From Escherichia phage Ec_Makalu_002: a stretch of 64,000 nt of DNA. Where the stretch lies: sequence record MN709127.1; one strand, given 5' to 3'. Every line of letters begins with the position of its first letter. The stretch's first letter is position 1. Below the pieces are notes generated by a model. It was not told where the DNA came from. It did not search any database and worked only from the letters and a program-made list of their open reading frames with translations. Positions 54,668-64,000 of this stretch are shown in pieces. The translations under genes and the position numbers were made by a program.

Positions 54668-56158
54668 ATGGCAGATTTGAAATATGGATCTACTGTAGGT
54701 GGATCTCCCATTTGGACGCAAGGAAACTTGACGATCCAGCCAGCGGGGGACCAGCTTTTCTACAAAGGTCATAAAATATATACCGCTTTTGATAGACCTT
54801 CGGCTACCGATTTTGATGCTGTTAGTGCATCCGAAGGTGGCACATTTCAAAAGCAAGTTCATTTCGAGGAAGGTTTAAGCGTAGGTAGCGCATCGGCTGG
54901 AGAAACCAAAAAGAATGGTATCTTTAAAGGTCAGAGTGACGCTGCTAATTTTGACGGTGTAAGCTGGGGTTTTCATTCATGGAAGTCAATCGGCTTTGTT
55001 AATGCCCGTGATGGCGTTATCATGGCTTATATTGACACCACAACGGGCGAATTTAAGTCTAAAGGGACTATCGAAGGGACAACCATTAAAGACACAGGTC
55101 AACGCGTCTATAGCCCTGTTAATAAACCAACGAATAATGATTTAGATTTGGTGTCTCGTCGCGGTGATACCCTCACAGGAACATATAATTTAAACACTGT
55201 CACTGTTAAACTATCGGTTGATTCGAAATTAATTGCAAGGGAACGTGATTTAATTAATTTTGATGCGACTAAGATCTATTATGGTAACGTTCTTGATACG
55301 TTGGTATTCCGAAGTAAAGATGAGCCTACCATTTTTGTTAATGGCAAAGAAGGTCGTTTTTATCACACCAACAATAAACCAACTAAAGCCGATGTGGGAC
55401 TAGGCAATGTCACCAATGATGCACAGGTTAAACGTGCTGGTGATATTATGGAAGGTAACTTGCAAGCGCCTAGAATGTTGGCGACAAACGATCCTGGTGG
55501 TCCGAATGAATTGGTTCGTTTGAGCTACTTTGAGAGAAAATCAATGGTAGCAAATCCAACCATCATAGGAAACGTTGATTGGAACACTCTTATTAATCGC
55601 GGTATCTATCGTGTGGAAAATGCGGGATCAGGTACTAATAAACCGTCTGATAGCTATTATAACGGCGTTTTGATGGTATACCGCCCAGAAGATGCGGTCG
55701 GTACTCGTCGAATTGTTCAGGTGTATTATCCTGAATCTATTGACCATCCGATGTGCTGGCGTTCTTGTTCTAATGAATCATGGACTGCATGGAACTATGT
55801 AGATCACCGTAAATTAGCCGATATTCGCTATGTTAACGTAACTGGCGATACCATGACAGGACCGTTAACTGTTCCGGCTGCAAACGGTGTTAGAACGGCT
55901 AGAGGTGCATATAATGGTGATAACTATTATGCCGGGTTAAATAGTGCTGATGGTACTGCTATGATTCACCGCATTAGTGATATTAAAGGGACCGAAAAGC
56001 TGGGGATCACCCACGACTCAAAGGTCGTGTTTTTCCGTTCTAGAAACAATACTCAAACCGTGGATCGCTATCAGCTTTATCATGAAGGTAATAAACCTAC
56101 TCCGGCTGATGTTGGTGCGGTTCCACTTAATGCGGTGATTGATTTTGGTACTTTCTAA
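54668..56158 (+). CDS. 36: long tail fiber distal connector gp36
   Basis: N-terminus MADLKYGSTVGGSPIWTQGN matches T4 gp36; longer than I recall for T4. Confidence 0.8.
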   Translation: MADLKYGSTVGGSPIWTQGNLTIQPAGDQLFYKGHKIYTAFDRPSATDFDAVSASEGGTFQKQVHFEEGLSVGSASAGETKKNGIFKGQSDAANFDGVSWGFHSWKSIGFVNARDGVIMAYIDTTTGEFKSKGTIEGTTIKDTGQRVYSPVNKPTNNDLDLVSRRGDTLTGTYNLNTVTVKLSVDSKLIARERDLINFDATKIYYGNVLDTLVFRSKDEPTIFVNGKEGRFYHTNNKPTKADVGLGNVTNDAQVKRAGDIMEGNLQAPRMLATNDPGGPNELVRLSYFERKSMVANPTIIGNVDWNTLINRGIYRVENAGSGTNKPSDSYYNGVLMVYRPEDAVGTRRIVQVYYPESIDHPMCWRSCSNESWTAWNYVDHRKLADIRYVNVTGDTMTGPLTVPAANGVRTARGAYNGDNYYAGLNSADGTAMIHRISDIKGTEKLGITHDSKVVFFRSRNNTQTVDRYQLYHEGNKPTPADVGAVPLNAVIDFGTF

Positions 56159-56162
56159 TTTT

Positions 56163-56188
56163 AGCGGGGATTATCTCCCCGCTTTTCT
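56163..56188 (+). terminator. hairpin / attenuator between 36 and 37
   Basis: Hairpin agcggggattatctccccgct followed by TTTCT. Confidence 0.45.
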
Positions 56189-56228
56189 AAATAATGTTAT
56201 TCTAATAACCGTTTAAGGATTTTATAAA

Positions 56229-58997
56229 ATGGCAGATTTAAGCAGAATCCAATTTAAACGTACTAGCACTAAAGGCCGTCGACCTGATGCTGGTACGATG
56301 AATCCGGGGGAATTGGCAATCAACCTTGCGGATCAATATCTTCTTACTAAAAATGATTCCGGCGCTATTATCAATTTAAGTTGTCCTCCGGTTTATGACC
56401 GTGATGTTACAATGGCGGGTAAGGTTAAAGGAAATAATTATATTTTAAGTAAAACCGCCAATTATCTGGAAGACCAGACAGCGAGAGATCTTAACTACTT
56501 TGGTGCTTTCCGTACCAATAGTCTAGATGGACTCATGGATCTAACCCTTAACGTTCCTCACTCTTCCGGTAAAGCGCATGGTCGAGGATTTACTTTCCGT
56601 TATGGGACTGGCGGATCTCGTGTTGAAACCTATGGTTTTGATGTTCAGGGACAAAAAGCATTTAGTTATAAAATGTATCATGAAGGGGATAAACCGACTC
56701 CCTCAGAATTGAACGTTTATAGCAAACAAGAAGTTGACCGTATGTTTGTTAAAACCGTTAAACTTGCTACAGTTCCTGTTGATATCGTTGACGGTTATTT
56801 TAAATTAGCAACTGCATTGATTCCGCAAAACGGTCGTAGTGTATTTTTCCGTATTCATGGTGGTAACGGATATAACGTTACTGCATACGATCAAGTTGAT
56901 ATTGTAGAAATTGTTATTCGCAGTGGAAATAATCGTCCTAAAGGTGTTAACGTTATTGCATACCGCCGAAATACAAACAAAGCATTTGATGTTTTGGCTG
57001 TTAATACTTCTGGTGATAACTATGATATCTACGTGAAATATCAGCGTTACACTGATAACGTTATTGTTGAATTTGGTAAAAGTGTTGATGTTGATCTGGT
57101 AGTCCATGACGTTCCAGACTTTGTTGTTGATCGTCCTGTTGGCGATAATGTTATTGGCGGTCGCGCGGTAACTCTTTTTAACACCGAAAACAAACGAGGT
57201 GTGTTGAGTTTTGACGATAACACACAAAATAGTTATGATATTGTTCACTTGAGTAATGATAAAGGTACTGGACGGAAATATATTCGTAAATTCCGTAGTA
57301 ACTATAATGAAATGATCTGGCATGAGACTGTTCAAGGTTCTACTTATCGACTCGCCACGGGTAGTACAGATGCTCAGGAAATTATAACTATTGAATCTAG
57401 TAGCTCAATTGCTGGAACTCATAAAGGTAATATTATTTCTGGTCGTATGCTGTTAAATGGCGGATCTAATGCCATTACACTACGCCGACCTGCTGGTCAA
57501 TCTAATCATATTGCGTTTCAAGATAATCGTACTGGAGATATTACCCGTCAAGGTTGGCTGGGCTACGCAAACGCCGATACTGACGTTTTTGAATGGTATA
57601 GTGATGTAGGTGGCAGTTCTATTCGTCAACATATCGACGGACAGATCGAATTTCAGACAGGTAACATGAAGCGAGTCTATACCAACGGTCAATTCATTTC
57701 TTTATATGCTGATGGCTTCCGTACTGTATATGGTAACTATGGTTCATGGTGGCGAAATGACGGCAGCAACGTTTATCTGATGAGCACAAAATCAGGCGAC
57801 ACTATGGGTCCGTGGAATACCTTTAGGCCGTTCATCTATAGCCTAGCCAATGGAAACGTTACACTAGGTGGTAGCGACGCTGGCAACCATTTAATGCGTC
57901 TCAACAATGAAAATCGTCAAGTAGAAATAAATGCAACAACACATTTAGGGTCTCGATTATATTGGGAAGGTAGCGAAGGTTCTGCATCTAGATTTTTTAT
58001 TAAGAATTGGGGTGATGGAACTTCTCGCGCTCAGGTGTGGGAACTTGCAGACGAAACAAGCTATCATCTATATTCTCAGCGTGATTCTAACGGTTCGATT
58101 CAATTCCGAGTTGCTGGTAGTTTAGAAACGGGTGGTCGTGCTCAGATAAATGGTGATTTGGTGGTTACTAATGTTTTGCGTACCAATAACCAAATTCAGA
58201 TTTATCGCGATAACAACAAAGAAATCTGGTTTAAGGATGCTGATGGTACTAACCGTGGTGTTATCTGGGGTGGCGCTGACGGTAAAATGAGACTGCGCAA
58301 TTATTCTAGCGGAGAGTATGACCATGTGTTTGAAGCTGGTATGATTCGCCTTGAGCGTGGTTATGCTAATGGACAAGGTGCTGGCTTGATTCGTGGTGAG
58401 GTTCAAGGTGGAGCGTGGTCCGACTGGAGAACTCGTGCTGCTGGTTTATTAGTTGACTGCCCTAATGCTCAAACTTCCGCATATAACGTATGGAAAGCGA
58501 CCAAATGGGGATTAGACCACATCGCGGCAATGGGCGTTCATATTCCTAGCGGTGTTGTTGGTAACTCTATTGCGCGTTTGCATGTTGGTGGCACTAACTT
58601 TGATTTTAGCGCTACTGGTGACTTTACCGCAGGTCGTAACGGTTCGTTTAACGATGTGTACATTCGTTCTGATGCTCGCCTGAAAATCAATAAGGAAGAG
58701 TATAAAGAGAATGCCACCGATAAAGTTAATCGCTTGACTGTGTACACCTACGATAAGGTTAAGTCTTTGACGGACCGCACTGTTATCGCTCATGAAGTTG
58801 GTATTATTGCTCAGGATCTTGAGAAAGAATTGCCGGAAGCAGTAACAACTTCTAAGGTCGGCGATCCTGATAAGCCAGAAGAGATCTTAACAATTTCTAA
58901 CTCTGCTGTCAACGCTCTTTTAATTAAGGCGTTTCAGGAAATGAGCGAAGAATTGAAAGCCGTTAAAGCTGAACTAGCGGAACTTAAAAAGAATTAA
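56229..58997 (+). CDS. 37: long tail fiber distal subunit gp37 with C-terminal intramolecular chaperone domain
   Basis: N-terminus IQFKRTSTKGRRPDAG..GELAINL matches T4 gp37; C-terminus SDARLKINKEEYKENATDKV... resembles the self-cleaving chaperone of endosialidase-type fibers. Confidence 0.85.
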   Translation: MADLSRIQFKRTSTKGRRPDAGTMNPGELAINLADQYLLTKNDSGAIINLSCPPVYDRDVTMAGKVKGNNYILSKTANYLEDQTARDLNYFGAFRTNSLDGLMDLTLNVPHSSGKAHGRGFTFRYGTGGSRVETYGFDVQGQKAFSYKMYHEGDKPTPSELNVYSKQEVDRMFVKTVKLATVPVDIVDGYFKLATALIPQNGRSVFFRIHGGNGYNVTAYDQVDIVEIVIRSGNNRPKGVNVIAYRRNTNKAFDVLAVNTSGDNYDIYVKYQRYTDNVIVEFGKSVDVDLVVHDVPDFVVDRPVGDNVIGGRAVTLFNTENKRGVLSFDDNTQNSYDIVHLSNDKGTGRKYIRKFRSNYNEMIWHETVQGSTYRLATGSTDAQEIITIESSSSIAGTHKGNIISGRMLLNGGSNAITLRRPAGQSNHIAFQDNRTGDITRQGWLGYANADTDVFEWYSDVGGSSIRQHIDGQIEFQTGNMKRVYTNGQFISLYADGFRTVYGNYGSWWRNDGSNVYLMSTKSGDTMGPWNTFRPFIYSLANGNVTLGGSDAGNHLMRLNNENRQVEINATTHLGSRLYWEGSEGSASRFFIKNWGDGTSRAQVWELADETSYHLYSQRDSNGSIQFRVAGSLETGGRAQINGDLVVTNVLRTNNQIQIYRDNNKEIWFKDADGTNRGVIWGGADGKMRLRNYSSGEYDHVFEAGMIRLERGYANGQGAGLIRGEVQGGAWSDWRTRAAGLLVDCPNAQTSAYNVWKATKWGLDHIAAMGVHIPSGVVGNSIARLHVGGTNFDFSATGDFTAGRNGSFNDVYIRSDARLKINKEEYKENATDKVNRLTVYTYDKVKSLTDRTVIAHEVGIIAQDLEKELPEAVTTSKVGDPDKPEEILTISNSAVNALLIKAFQEMSEELKAVKAELAELKKN

Positions 58998-59037
58998 GGA
59001 AACTCCCAGGGAAGGGAACTACTAAGGAGAAACGGCT

Positions 59038-59277
59038 ATGGTCTATAATATCGTCATTGGTGCTTTGTCTAATTTCGGAATGAAATTATTGTCAAAGTTA
59101 ATTAGTGAAAAGATGCTCACTAAAATTTTCTTCTATTGCGCTCGTCGTCTTGCGGCTTATACCAATACGCCAATTGATGATCGTTTTGTGGAAGAACTTT
59201 ATAAGGAGTTTAATAAAGATCAGTCAGAAGATAGTAACGAGCAAGATAAACCTAGTGATAGTCAACTACCTAAATAA
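59038..59277 (+). CDS. hypothetical protein (79 aa) in the gp38 position
   Basis: Hydrophobic N-terminus, acidic C-terminus; no resemblance to T4 gp38 noticed. Confidence 0.45.
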   Translation: MVYNIVIGALSNFGMKLLSKLISEKMLTKIFFYCARRLAAYTNTPIDDRFVEELYKEFNKDQSEDSNEQDKPSDSQLPK

Positions 59278-59310
59278 GAGTACACTGTCATAGTTATCTT
59301 AGGGCATTAT

Positions 59311-59967
59311 ATGCAAGTTTCTGAAAAAGGGAAAGACTTTGCTATCTCAAATGTCCTGCGCGCTATTTTCACAACTAAAAGCACGGAGTTGCTCGTACTT
59401 CGTGTTTTTGCTGCCGTCGTGTTGTCCATATTAGCATTTGTCGTTTATAGTAAAAACGAGTTATTCGCGCTTTATAAAGAGACTCGTTATGAGACTTATG
59501 CTCACATTCTCCAGGTAGAGAAAGACCGCAATTTTGATAATGCAGCACAGGAGCAGTTACAGATAGTTCATGTATCGGCTGATGCCGATTTTTCTGCTGT
59601 TTTTAGTTTTCGTCCGAAAAACCTAAACTATTTTGTTGATTTGGTGGCATATGAAGGAAAGCTACCGCATACAATCGATGAAAAAAATTTAGGCGGATTC
59701 CCTATCAATAAAACGAGTGAAGAATATCGTAGGCATCTTTTAGGTAAATCATATTTTACCGATAAAGATTTCCAGTATATTCCATCAAGAGAAAAGAAAT
59801 TAGAGAATATCGATATAGGTTTCATGTATTCTTGTCCTATATTCAATCTCGATAATGTCTATTCTGGTAGTATCGCCATTTCATGGAAGAATAAACCGGA
59901 TATTGACATTGAGAATTTAGATACTCTTTGCAATCAATCTGCCAGAATCCTCGGAAGGATTAGATAA
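59311..59967 (+). CDS. t: holin
   Basis: 218 aa; strong match to T4 holin T (QLQIVHVSADADFSAVFSFRPKNLNYFVDLVAYEGKLP, NQSARILGR). Confidence 0.93.
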   Translation: MQVSEKGKDFAISNVLRAIFTTKSTELLVLRVFAAVVLSILAFVVYSKNELFALYKETRYETYAHILQVEKDRNFDNAAQEQLQIVHVSADADFSAVFSFRPKNLNYFVDLVAYEGKLPHTIDEKNLGGFPINKTSEEYRRHLLGKSYFTDKDFQYIPSREKKLENIDIGFMYSCPIFNLDNVYSGSIAISWKNKPDIDIENLDTLCNQSARILGRIR

Positions 59968-59971
59968 ATTA

Positions 59972-60006
59972 AAGGGGAAGCCTTTCGGCCTCCCCTTCTT
60001 TTTTAT
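59972..60006. terminator. rho-independent terminator between convergent units
   Basis: Hairpin ggggaagcc-tttc-ggcctcccc followed by T-run. Confidence 0.65.
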
Positions 60007-60251
60007 TGGCGCATAGAAGCCCCTGAATCGCATTTTGACGCTGTATGATGAAAACAGGTAGCGTACCAGTCATCGGCTTGTTTGTCTTCGTCAGAAAACG
60101 CGTAATTTCGTTGTATGTCGTTTTCTACTTTGACCAGTGCAATAGCTGTTTCTGGAAGATCAATTAATCTGACAAAATCACCATCTTCCCACTCTACACG
60201 AGCAATATCATAGCCCATCTCAAAGTATACAATCGCTTGTTCTAGTTTCAT
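60003..60251 (-). CDS. hypothetical protein (82 aa)
   Basis: Track ORF. Confidence 0.5.
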   Translation of the reverse strand: MKLEQAIVYFEMGYDIARVEWEDGDFVRLIDLPETAIALVKVENDIQRNYAFSDEDKQADDWYATCFHHTASKCDSGASMRQ

Positions 60252-60580
60252 TTTGGAAACTTCCCGTAAATGTTTTCTGCCAGCTTACGTGCATCGATGA
60301 TAATGTCATTCATGCTATGCCCGTAGTGTTCAGCCATTGACATAATACAATCAACAAAGAAATTATATCGGCAACGATTCAAGATTTGCTCTTTGCTGTA
60401 AACTTCATACTTGACGGTCGCGTGTACTTTCTCGATTGCCTTAATCGCTGTATTGACTTCACTGATAATGGTTTTCGCATTGTATGCACCACGACGGATC
60501 AGGATTTGAGTCAATTCTCTTGCAATATCTTGCATTTCTTCATATTCATGTTCAAGCATAATTAACCTCTCAAAATACAA
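60248..60580 (-). CDS. hypothetical protein (110 aa)
   Basis: Track ORF, overlapping start/stop. Confidence 0.55.
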   Translation of the reverse strand: MYFERLIMLEHEYEEMQDIARELTQILIRRGAYNAKTIISEVNTAIKAIEKVHATVKYEVYSKEQILNRCRYNFFVDCIMSMAEHYGHSMNDIIIDARKLAENIYGKFPK

Positions 60581-60583
60581 TAA

Positions 60584-60916
60584 TTACAGATGAAACCCTG
60601 TTACGATCACCGCGTCGATCATACCGCTAGGGATAAACGGTTCACCCTCTTTTATCTCAACTTTGAATTGATGCCATTTCGCTAATACTTCTTCCGGTAC
60701 ACCCAGCGATTCGGCATCTGCTTTAGTTTCATCCATAATCCAGCTAGGATGCATGAGAGCATAGTTTACATAGTCCATTTCTGGGGTCATGTCATCAATG
60801 TTAATATATTTGCAGTTGACGCGTTTCAGAATTTCAAATTCTTTTTCATCAACCTGTACCATGTATAATTCAGTAGTTTCTGGAATCAGTTCCCACACAA
60901 TCAGTACATTTTTCAT
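60584..60916 (-). CDS. hypothetical protein (110 aa)
   Basis: Track ORF. Confidence 0.55.
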   Translation of the reverse strand: MKNVLIVWELIPETTELYMVQVDEKEFEILKRVNCKYINIDDMTPEMDYVNYALMHPSWIMDETKADAESLGVPEEVLAKWHQFKVEIKEGEPFIPSGMIDAVIVTGFHL

Positions 60917-60924
60917 AGTTCACC

Positions 60925-61293
60925 TCACTTAACAAAGATTTTCTTTAATGCTTTCAGGATCGTTGCTTCCGGCGCTTCTTCCGGTGGAGGAAGCAATTCT
61001 ACCACTTCCTCTTCCAACTCGATATAGTCTACCAGATATTCTACATAGAATGCAAGTGCTTCCATGAAATTAGATGCTACATCCGATTCACCACAAGCGC
61101 CTACATGCATTGTATAAACATCACTGCGATCAAGTTTGTGGATGCTTCCCAGATAGTTCCGGTTATACCAGACTTCCCACACTTTCAGTTTTCCGGTTTT
61201 GGTTGCTGTCTTATAATCTGTTTCGTAGTGGTGCAGTTGACGTTGCAGATCATTGATAATAACACATTTTTCGTAATTGTTTTGAATTTCCAT
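60925..61293 (-). CDS. hypothetical protein (122 aa)
   Basis: Track ORF. Confidence 0.55.
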   Translation of the reverse strand: MEIQNNYEKCVIINDLQRQLHHYETDYKTATKTGKLKVWEVWYNRNYLGSIHKLDRSDVYTMHVGACGESDVASNFMEALAFYVEYLVDYIELEEEVVELLPPPEEAPEATILKALKKIFVK

Positions 61294-61303
61294 GATGTAA
61301 TCC

Positions 61304-61495
61304 TCACTTATCGTTAAGAAGTTCTAAAACTTTCTGTCGTACTTTGTCAATATTAGTTGACTCAAATACTGTACGGTATCCCCAACTTTGACCGTATGAT
61401 CGAGAGCAATCCCCGTATCCCCATTGTTCAACCTGATAGTATTCAAGGAATGGGTGTTGCCGAACTATGATACCATCGCGATTAAAAATTACCAT
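61304..61495 (-). CDS. hypothetical protein (63 aa)
   Basis: Track ORF. Confidence 0.45.
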   Translation of the reverse strand: MVIFNRDGIIVRQHPFLEYYQVEQWGYGDCSRSYGQSWGYRTVFESTNIDKVRQKVLELLNDK

Positions 61496-61518
61496 AATAT
61501 AATCCTCACGTCAACAAA

Positions 61519-61797
61519 CTATTTTCGGTTATACTTCTGCCACTTTCGGTAATACTGCTTGTAATGTTGTTTAATGTTTGGCGGTTCGTCACTATACATG
61601 TTATCAACCATCATGTCAATAAGACCCTCCGGTGTTTGATAGCTCCCCGCTCGAATAAGTTCCTTAATTAAAAGATCTTGTGTCGCTTTATACTCTACAA
61701 TAACAACTGTCTTTTCTGCCTTTCCAATTCCGATCCGGTCGTTAGCTCTCATAGCATCCCACCAGTCTTTTTTAAACTTCATGTTATTGAATTGCAT
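61519..61797 (-). CDS. hypothetical protein (92 aa)
   Basis: Track ORF. Confidence 0.5.
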   Translation of the reverse strand: MQFNNMKFKKDWWDAMRANDRIGIGKAEKTVVIVEYKATQDLLIKELIRAGSYQTPEGLIDMMVDNMYSDEPPNIKQHYKQYYRKWQKYNRK

Positions 61798-61808
61798 AAT
61801 TTAACCTC

Positions 61809-62567
61809 TTACTTGCAAACGTATTGATCTACATCAATTGCGCCACCGAATGTAGGATGACGTTTTTCAAATCGAATAGTTCCGTCGTTTGGTTCGAAAA
61901 CGGAGTATTCATATAGATCTTTCTTGCCAACATTCTTATAAAACCCGCCTTTAGTCATAACGGTTTCTTGTACGTTTGCTTTGTGTACATTGTATTCATC
62001 AATGTACACAAAATCAACCATCTTCCCATTTTTAATAGTTACTTTAAGATCCCCTGGCTGGTTTCCATATTTTGCATACAGTGGAGATTCTTTAATTTTG
62101 GTGGAAATTCCATCTTTCATACTCCACTCATAACGAACGGTGCATTGATAGGTAAAAGTTTCGACCTTCGGTTCTTCCACCACTTTTGCTTCCTGTTTCG
62201 GTTGTTCTTCTTCAACCTTCGCAGAAGTCTCTGAATCGCTTTCTGACGCGGTTTCTTCTTTAGGTAATACATTCATCAAGTTTTGGATTTGAGCGTTATA
62301 TACAGCCTCCAGTGGCTGAATCTGCCCGATATTGATCATTGTATCACGAACAGTTTTATTCCAGTTGCGTTGCTCTTGTTTCAGAGACGGATCAATCTTA
62401 ACAGCCTTAACATATACTTCATGAAGTTTAGAATCAAGTGCGGAGATTGACTCGTTAGCACAAATAAACTTCTCTGATTTGGTAGTAGCCTTAGTGCAAT
62501 CAAAGGACGCAGCATTAGCACCGATGGCAGTAGCAGAAAGAAAGATAGCAGCGATAATGTTTTTCAT
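61809..62567 (-). CDS. secreted protein with DUF1311 / LprI-like N-terminal domain
   Basis: Signal peptide MKNIIAAIFLSATAIGANA; FDCTKATTKSEKFICANESISALDSKLHEVY...EQRNWNKTVRD fits the LprI-like pattern. Confidence 0.5.
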   Translation of the reverse strand: MKNIIAAIFLSATAIGANAASFDCTKATTKSEKFICANESISALDSKLHEVYVKAVKIDPSLKQEQRNWNKTVRDTMINIGQIQPLEAVYNAQIQNLMNVLPKEETASESDSETSAKVEEEQPKQEAKVVEEPKVETFTYQCTVRYEWSMKDGISTKIKESPLYAKYGNQPGDLKVTIKNGKMVDFVYIDEYNVHKANVQETVMTKGGFYKNVGKKDLYEYSVFEPNDGTIRFEKRHPTFGGAIDVDQYVCK

Positions 62568-62601
62568 AATATATTCCTCAATGTCTTGTCTTGATGGGAG
62601 T

Positions 62602-62630
62602 ATCTTACTACTCCCTTAATCCGGTGTCAA
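62602..62630 (-). promoter_or_regulatory. PeSL-like early promoter cassette
   Basis: Minus TTGACA-17-TAAGAT; stem-loop gggagtatcttactactccc. Confidence 0.5.
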
Positions 62631-62824
62631 CTACTTTTTAAATTTCTTCTACAGTAAAGTCTTCAATGTTGTTGTGCTCGGAGAACGTTGCCAGACCAGC
62701 ATTCCATGCATCATCCTCAGAGAAGAATACACCGTAACGTTCATATCCTTTAGCGCCTTCAAATTTAATCATTAATTTGTGAGTATGTTTCATTTTGATT
62801 CTCCATCGTTGTCTTGATGAGTTT

Positions 62825-62853
62825 AGTATAGGGGATCACCGATCCCCTGTCAA
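62825..62853 (-). promoter_or_regulatory. PeSL-like early promoter cassette
   Basis: Minus TTGACA-17-TATACT; palindrome ggggatcaccgatcccc. Confidence 0.55.
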
Positions 62854-62862
62854 CAACTATTT

Positions 62863-63075
62863 TTAATTTTTACCCACGCGTAAATTAATGCGCATTTTCT
62901 GCATAGCCATGATCTGGTTTACTGCTTCTTCTTTACGCTCTTTCGTGATAATGTGACCAGATTCCGCAAACGCTCCCGCAACTTCTTCTACGATCTCGCG
63001 AACTTGAGAACGTCCAAAGATGCGATTTCCTTCGTAGCTCATAAACTCGGTTACTACTTGCTCAATAGATTTCAT
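62863..63075 (-). CDS. hypothetical protein (70 aa)
   Basis: Track ORF with RBS. Confidence 0.5.
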   Translation of the reverse strand: MKSIEQVVTEFMSYEGNRIFGRSQVREIVEEVAGAFAESGHIITKERKEEAVNQIMAMQKMRINLRVGKN

Positions 63076-63107
63076 GTGATTCTCCTTCTTTCGTTTCGGT
63101 GTGGGAG

Positions 63108-63138
63108 TATGTTAATACTCCCGTTTCTTTACATCAAC
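63108..63138 (-). promoter_or_regulatory. PeSL-like cassette, weaker hexamers
   Basis: Minus TTGATG; stem-loop gggagtatgttaatactccc. Confidence 0.35.
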
Positions 63139-63144
63139 CAGTTT

Positions 63145-63387
63145 TTAGAAATTTTTCGCTTCTTCTTCGGTCATCATAACCGCGCATTCGTGCATAACTT
63201 TGAAAACCGGATCAATCATGTCGAATGCTTCGCGAGACAGTTTACGAGAAGCGATTTTGATTGCTTCAACGTCTTCTACTACAGGAACAAAAACAGTTTT
63301 CAGTTCATCGAGCACAGCAGCTTCTTTTTCATTCAGGAAGATTCCAGCGTCGTACAGTGCAACTTCGATAACATTAACTTTAACCAT
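63145..63387 (-). CDS. hypothetical protein (about 80 aa)
   Basis: Internal start MVKVNVIE... preferred by position behind the cassette. Confidence 0.45.
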   Translation of the reverse strand: MVKVNVIEVALYDAGIFLNEKEAAVLDELKTVFVPVVEDVEAIKIASRKLSREAFDMIDPVFKVMHECAVMMTEEEAKNF

Positions 63388-63450
63388 TTTTATTTCCTCC
63401 AGTTCGTTTCGGTATGTGAGTATAATACTACCGATGACCTTTGGCGTCAA

Positions 63451-63651
63451 CTAGTTTTTGTTATTTTCGTGAAAATTTTTCGTCGCCTCATGTGCTTTTC
63501 GCTGGGCTTCTTGTTGTGCTTGCTGGCGTGCTGCCTCTTGTGAAGCCATAACGGAAGCATTTGCAGCAGTTACAGCCGCTACCATCGCTGCGGTATTAGC
63601 ATTTACAGTACATGCACTAGCCAGCAAAGCAATTGCAATCATTTTCTTCAT
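63451..63651 (-). CDS. small secreted protein (66 aa)
   Basis: Signal peptide MKKMIAIALLASACTVNA; Ala/Gln-rich remainder. Confidence 0.5.
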   Translation of the reverse strand: MKKMIAIALLASACTVNANTAAMVAAVTAANASVMASQEAARQQAQQEAQRKAHEATKNFHENNKN

Positions 63652-63833
63652 AGTTTCCCCTTTAGGTTATCTTCGACCTTCATCCATTCCGCGTATTCTT
63701 GCGCAGCTACTTTCGGATTTAGTCCGTCTTCGTACATTGCATCGAGTAATTCTTCGTCGGTGGGCTTATACCCTAGATAAGCCTCCACCTGATTTTTCCA
63801 AATTTTATACCAGTTCATATTATCACCAATCAA
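63648..63833 (-). CDS. hypothetical protein (61 aa)
   Basis: Track ORF. Confidence 0.45.
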   Translation of the reverse strand: MIGDNMNWYKIWKNQVEAYLGYKPTDEELLDAMYEDGLNPKVAAQEYAEWMKVEDNLKGKL

Positions 63834-64000
63834 GAGCGCGTGTCTCTGCGTCTTCCCATGCTTGATCCATTACAGCCTTAAAAACATACTCTAAGGTATC
63901 ATCTTTAGAGAATCCGAAGACTTTAGACGGAATATCTTCGATTGCCACTCCCGAAACTTCTGCATTACGCGCTTGGCAATAATGCAACTCTAAGTTATCG

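Noticed and set aside
50558-58793. Numerous 60-180-aa ORFs on either strand within genes 34, 36 and 37 (e.g. 51601..52098, 56805..57335, 58122..58406)
   Set aside because: They are embedded in long tail-fiber genes with strong homology support and translate to low-complexity sequence.
1-64000. tRNA or other structured RNA genes in the larger non-coding gaps
   Set aside because: No cloverleaf-compatible segment with conserved tRNA features was found in the gaps at 3958-4370, 5330-5527, 6731-7068 or 54470-54667. Only terminator or promoter hairpins were seen.

Overview
This window is a 64-kb segment of a T4-type (Tevenvirinae-like) myovirus genome, read from sequence and the ORF track only; no database search was run. 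Gene order follows T4 closely: 23 (3' part)-24 | hoc-inh-like | uvsW-uvsW.1 | uvsY-25-26 | 51-27-28-29-48-54 | alt plus a second ADP-ribosyltransferase | a ~7-kb hyperplastic block of small early genes | HNH-30-NADAR-31-cd-pseT-spanins-rnlA-denA-nrdB-nrdA-td-frd-32-HNH/AP2-59-33-dsbA-CYTH-rnh | 34-35-36-37-t | more small early genes. Structural genes on the + strand sit behind TATAAATA late-promoter motifs; the small minus-strand genes sit behind repeated sigma70-like promoters carrying a stem-loop, which resemble the PeSL cassettes I recall from RB49-like pseudo-T-even phages. The best candidates for something undescribed are a five-gene operon (DUF262/ParB-like, Zn-ribbon, compact C5-methyltransferase-like, two unknowns) and a six-member family of small paralogous proteins with a conserved H-x-H-W ... 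AVDV motif. Other accessory genes worth a look are a CYTH-like protein, a NADAR-like protein, a DprA/SLOG-like protein, a DUF4326-like protein and a thymidylate synthase with a ~110-aa insertion. Domain calls rest on motifs recognised by eye; T4 protein comparisons are from memory.
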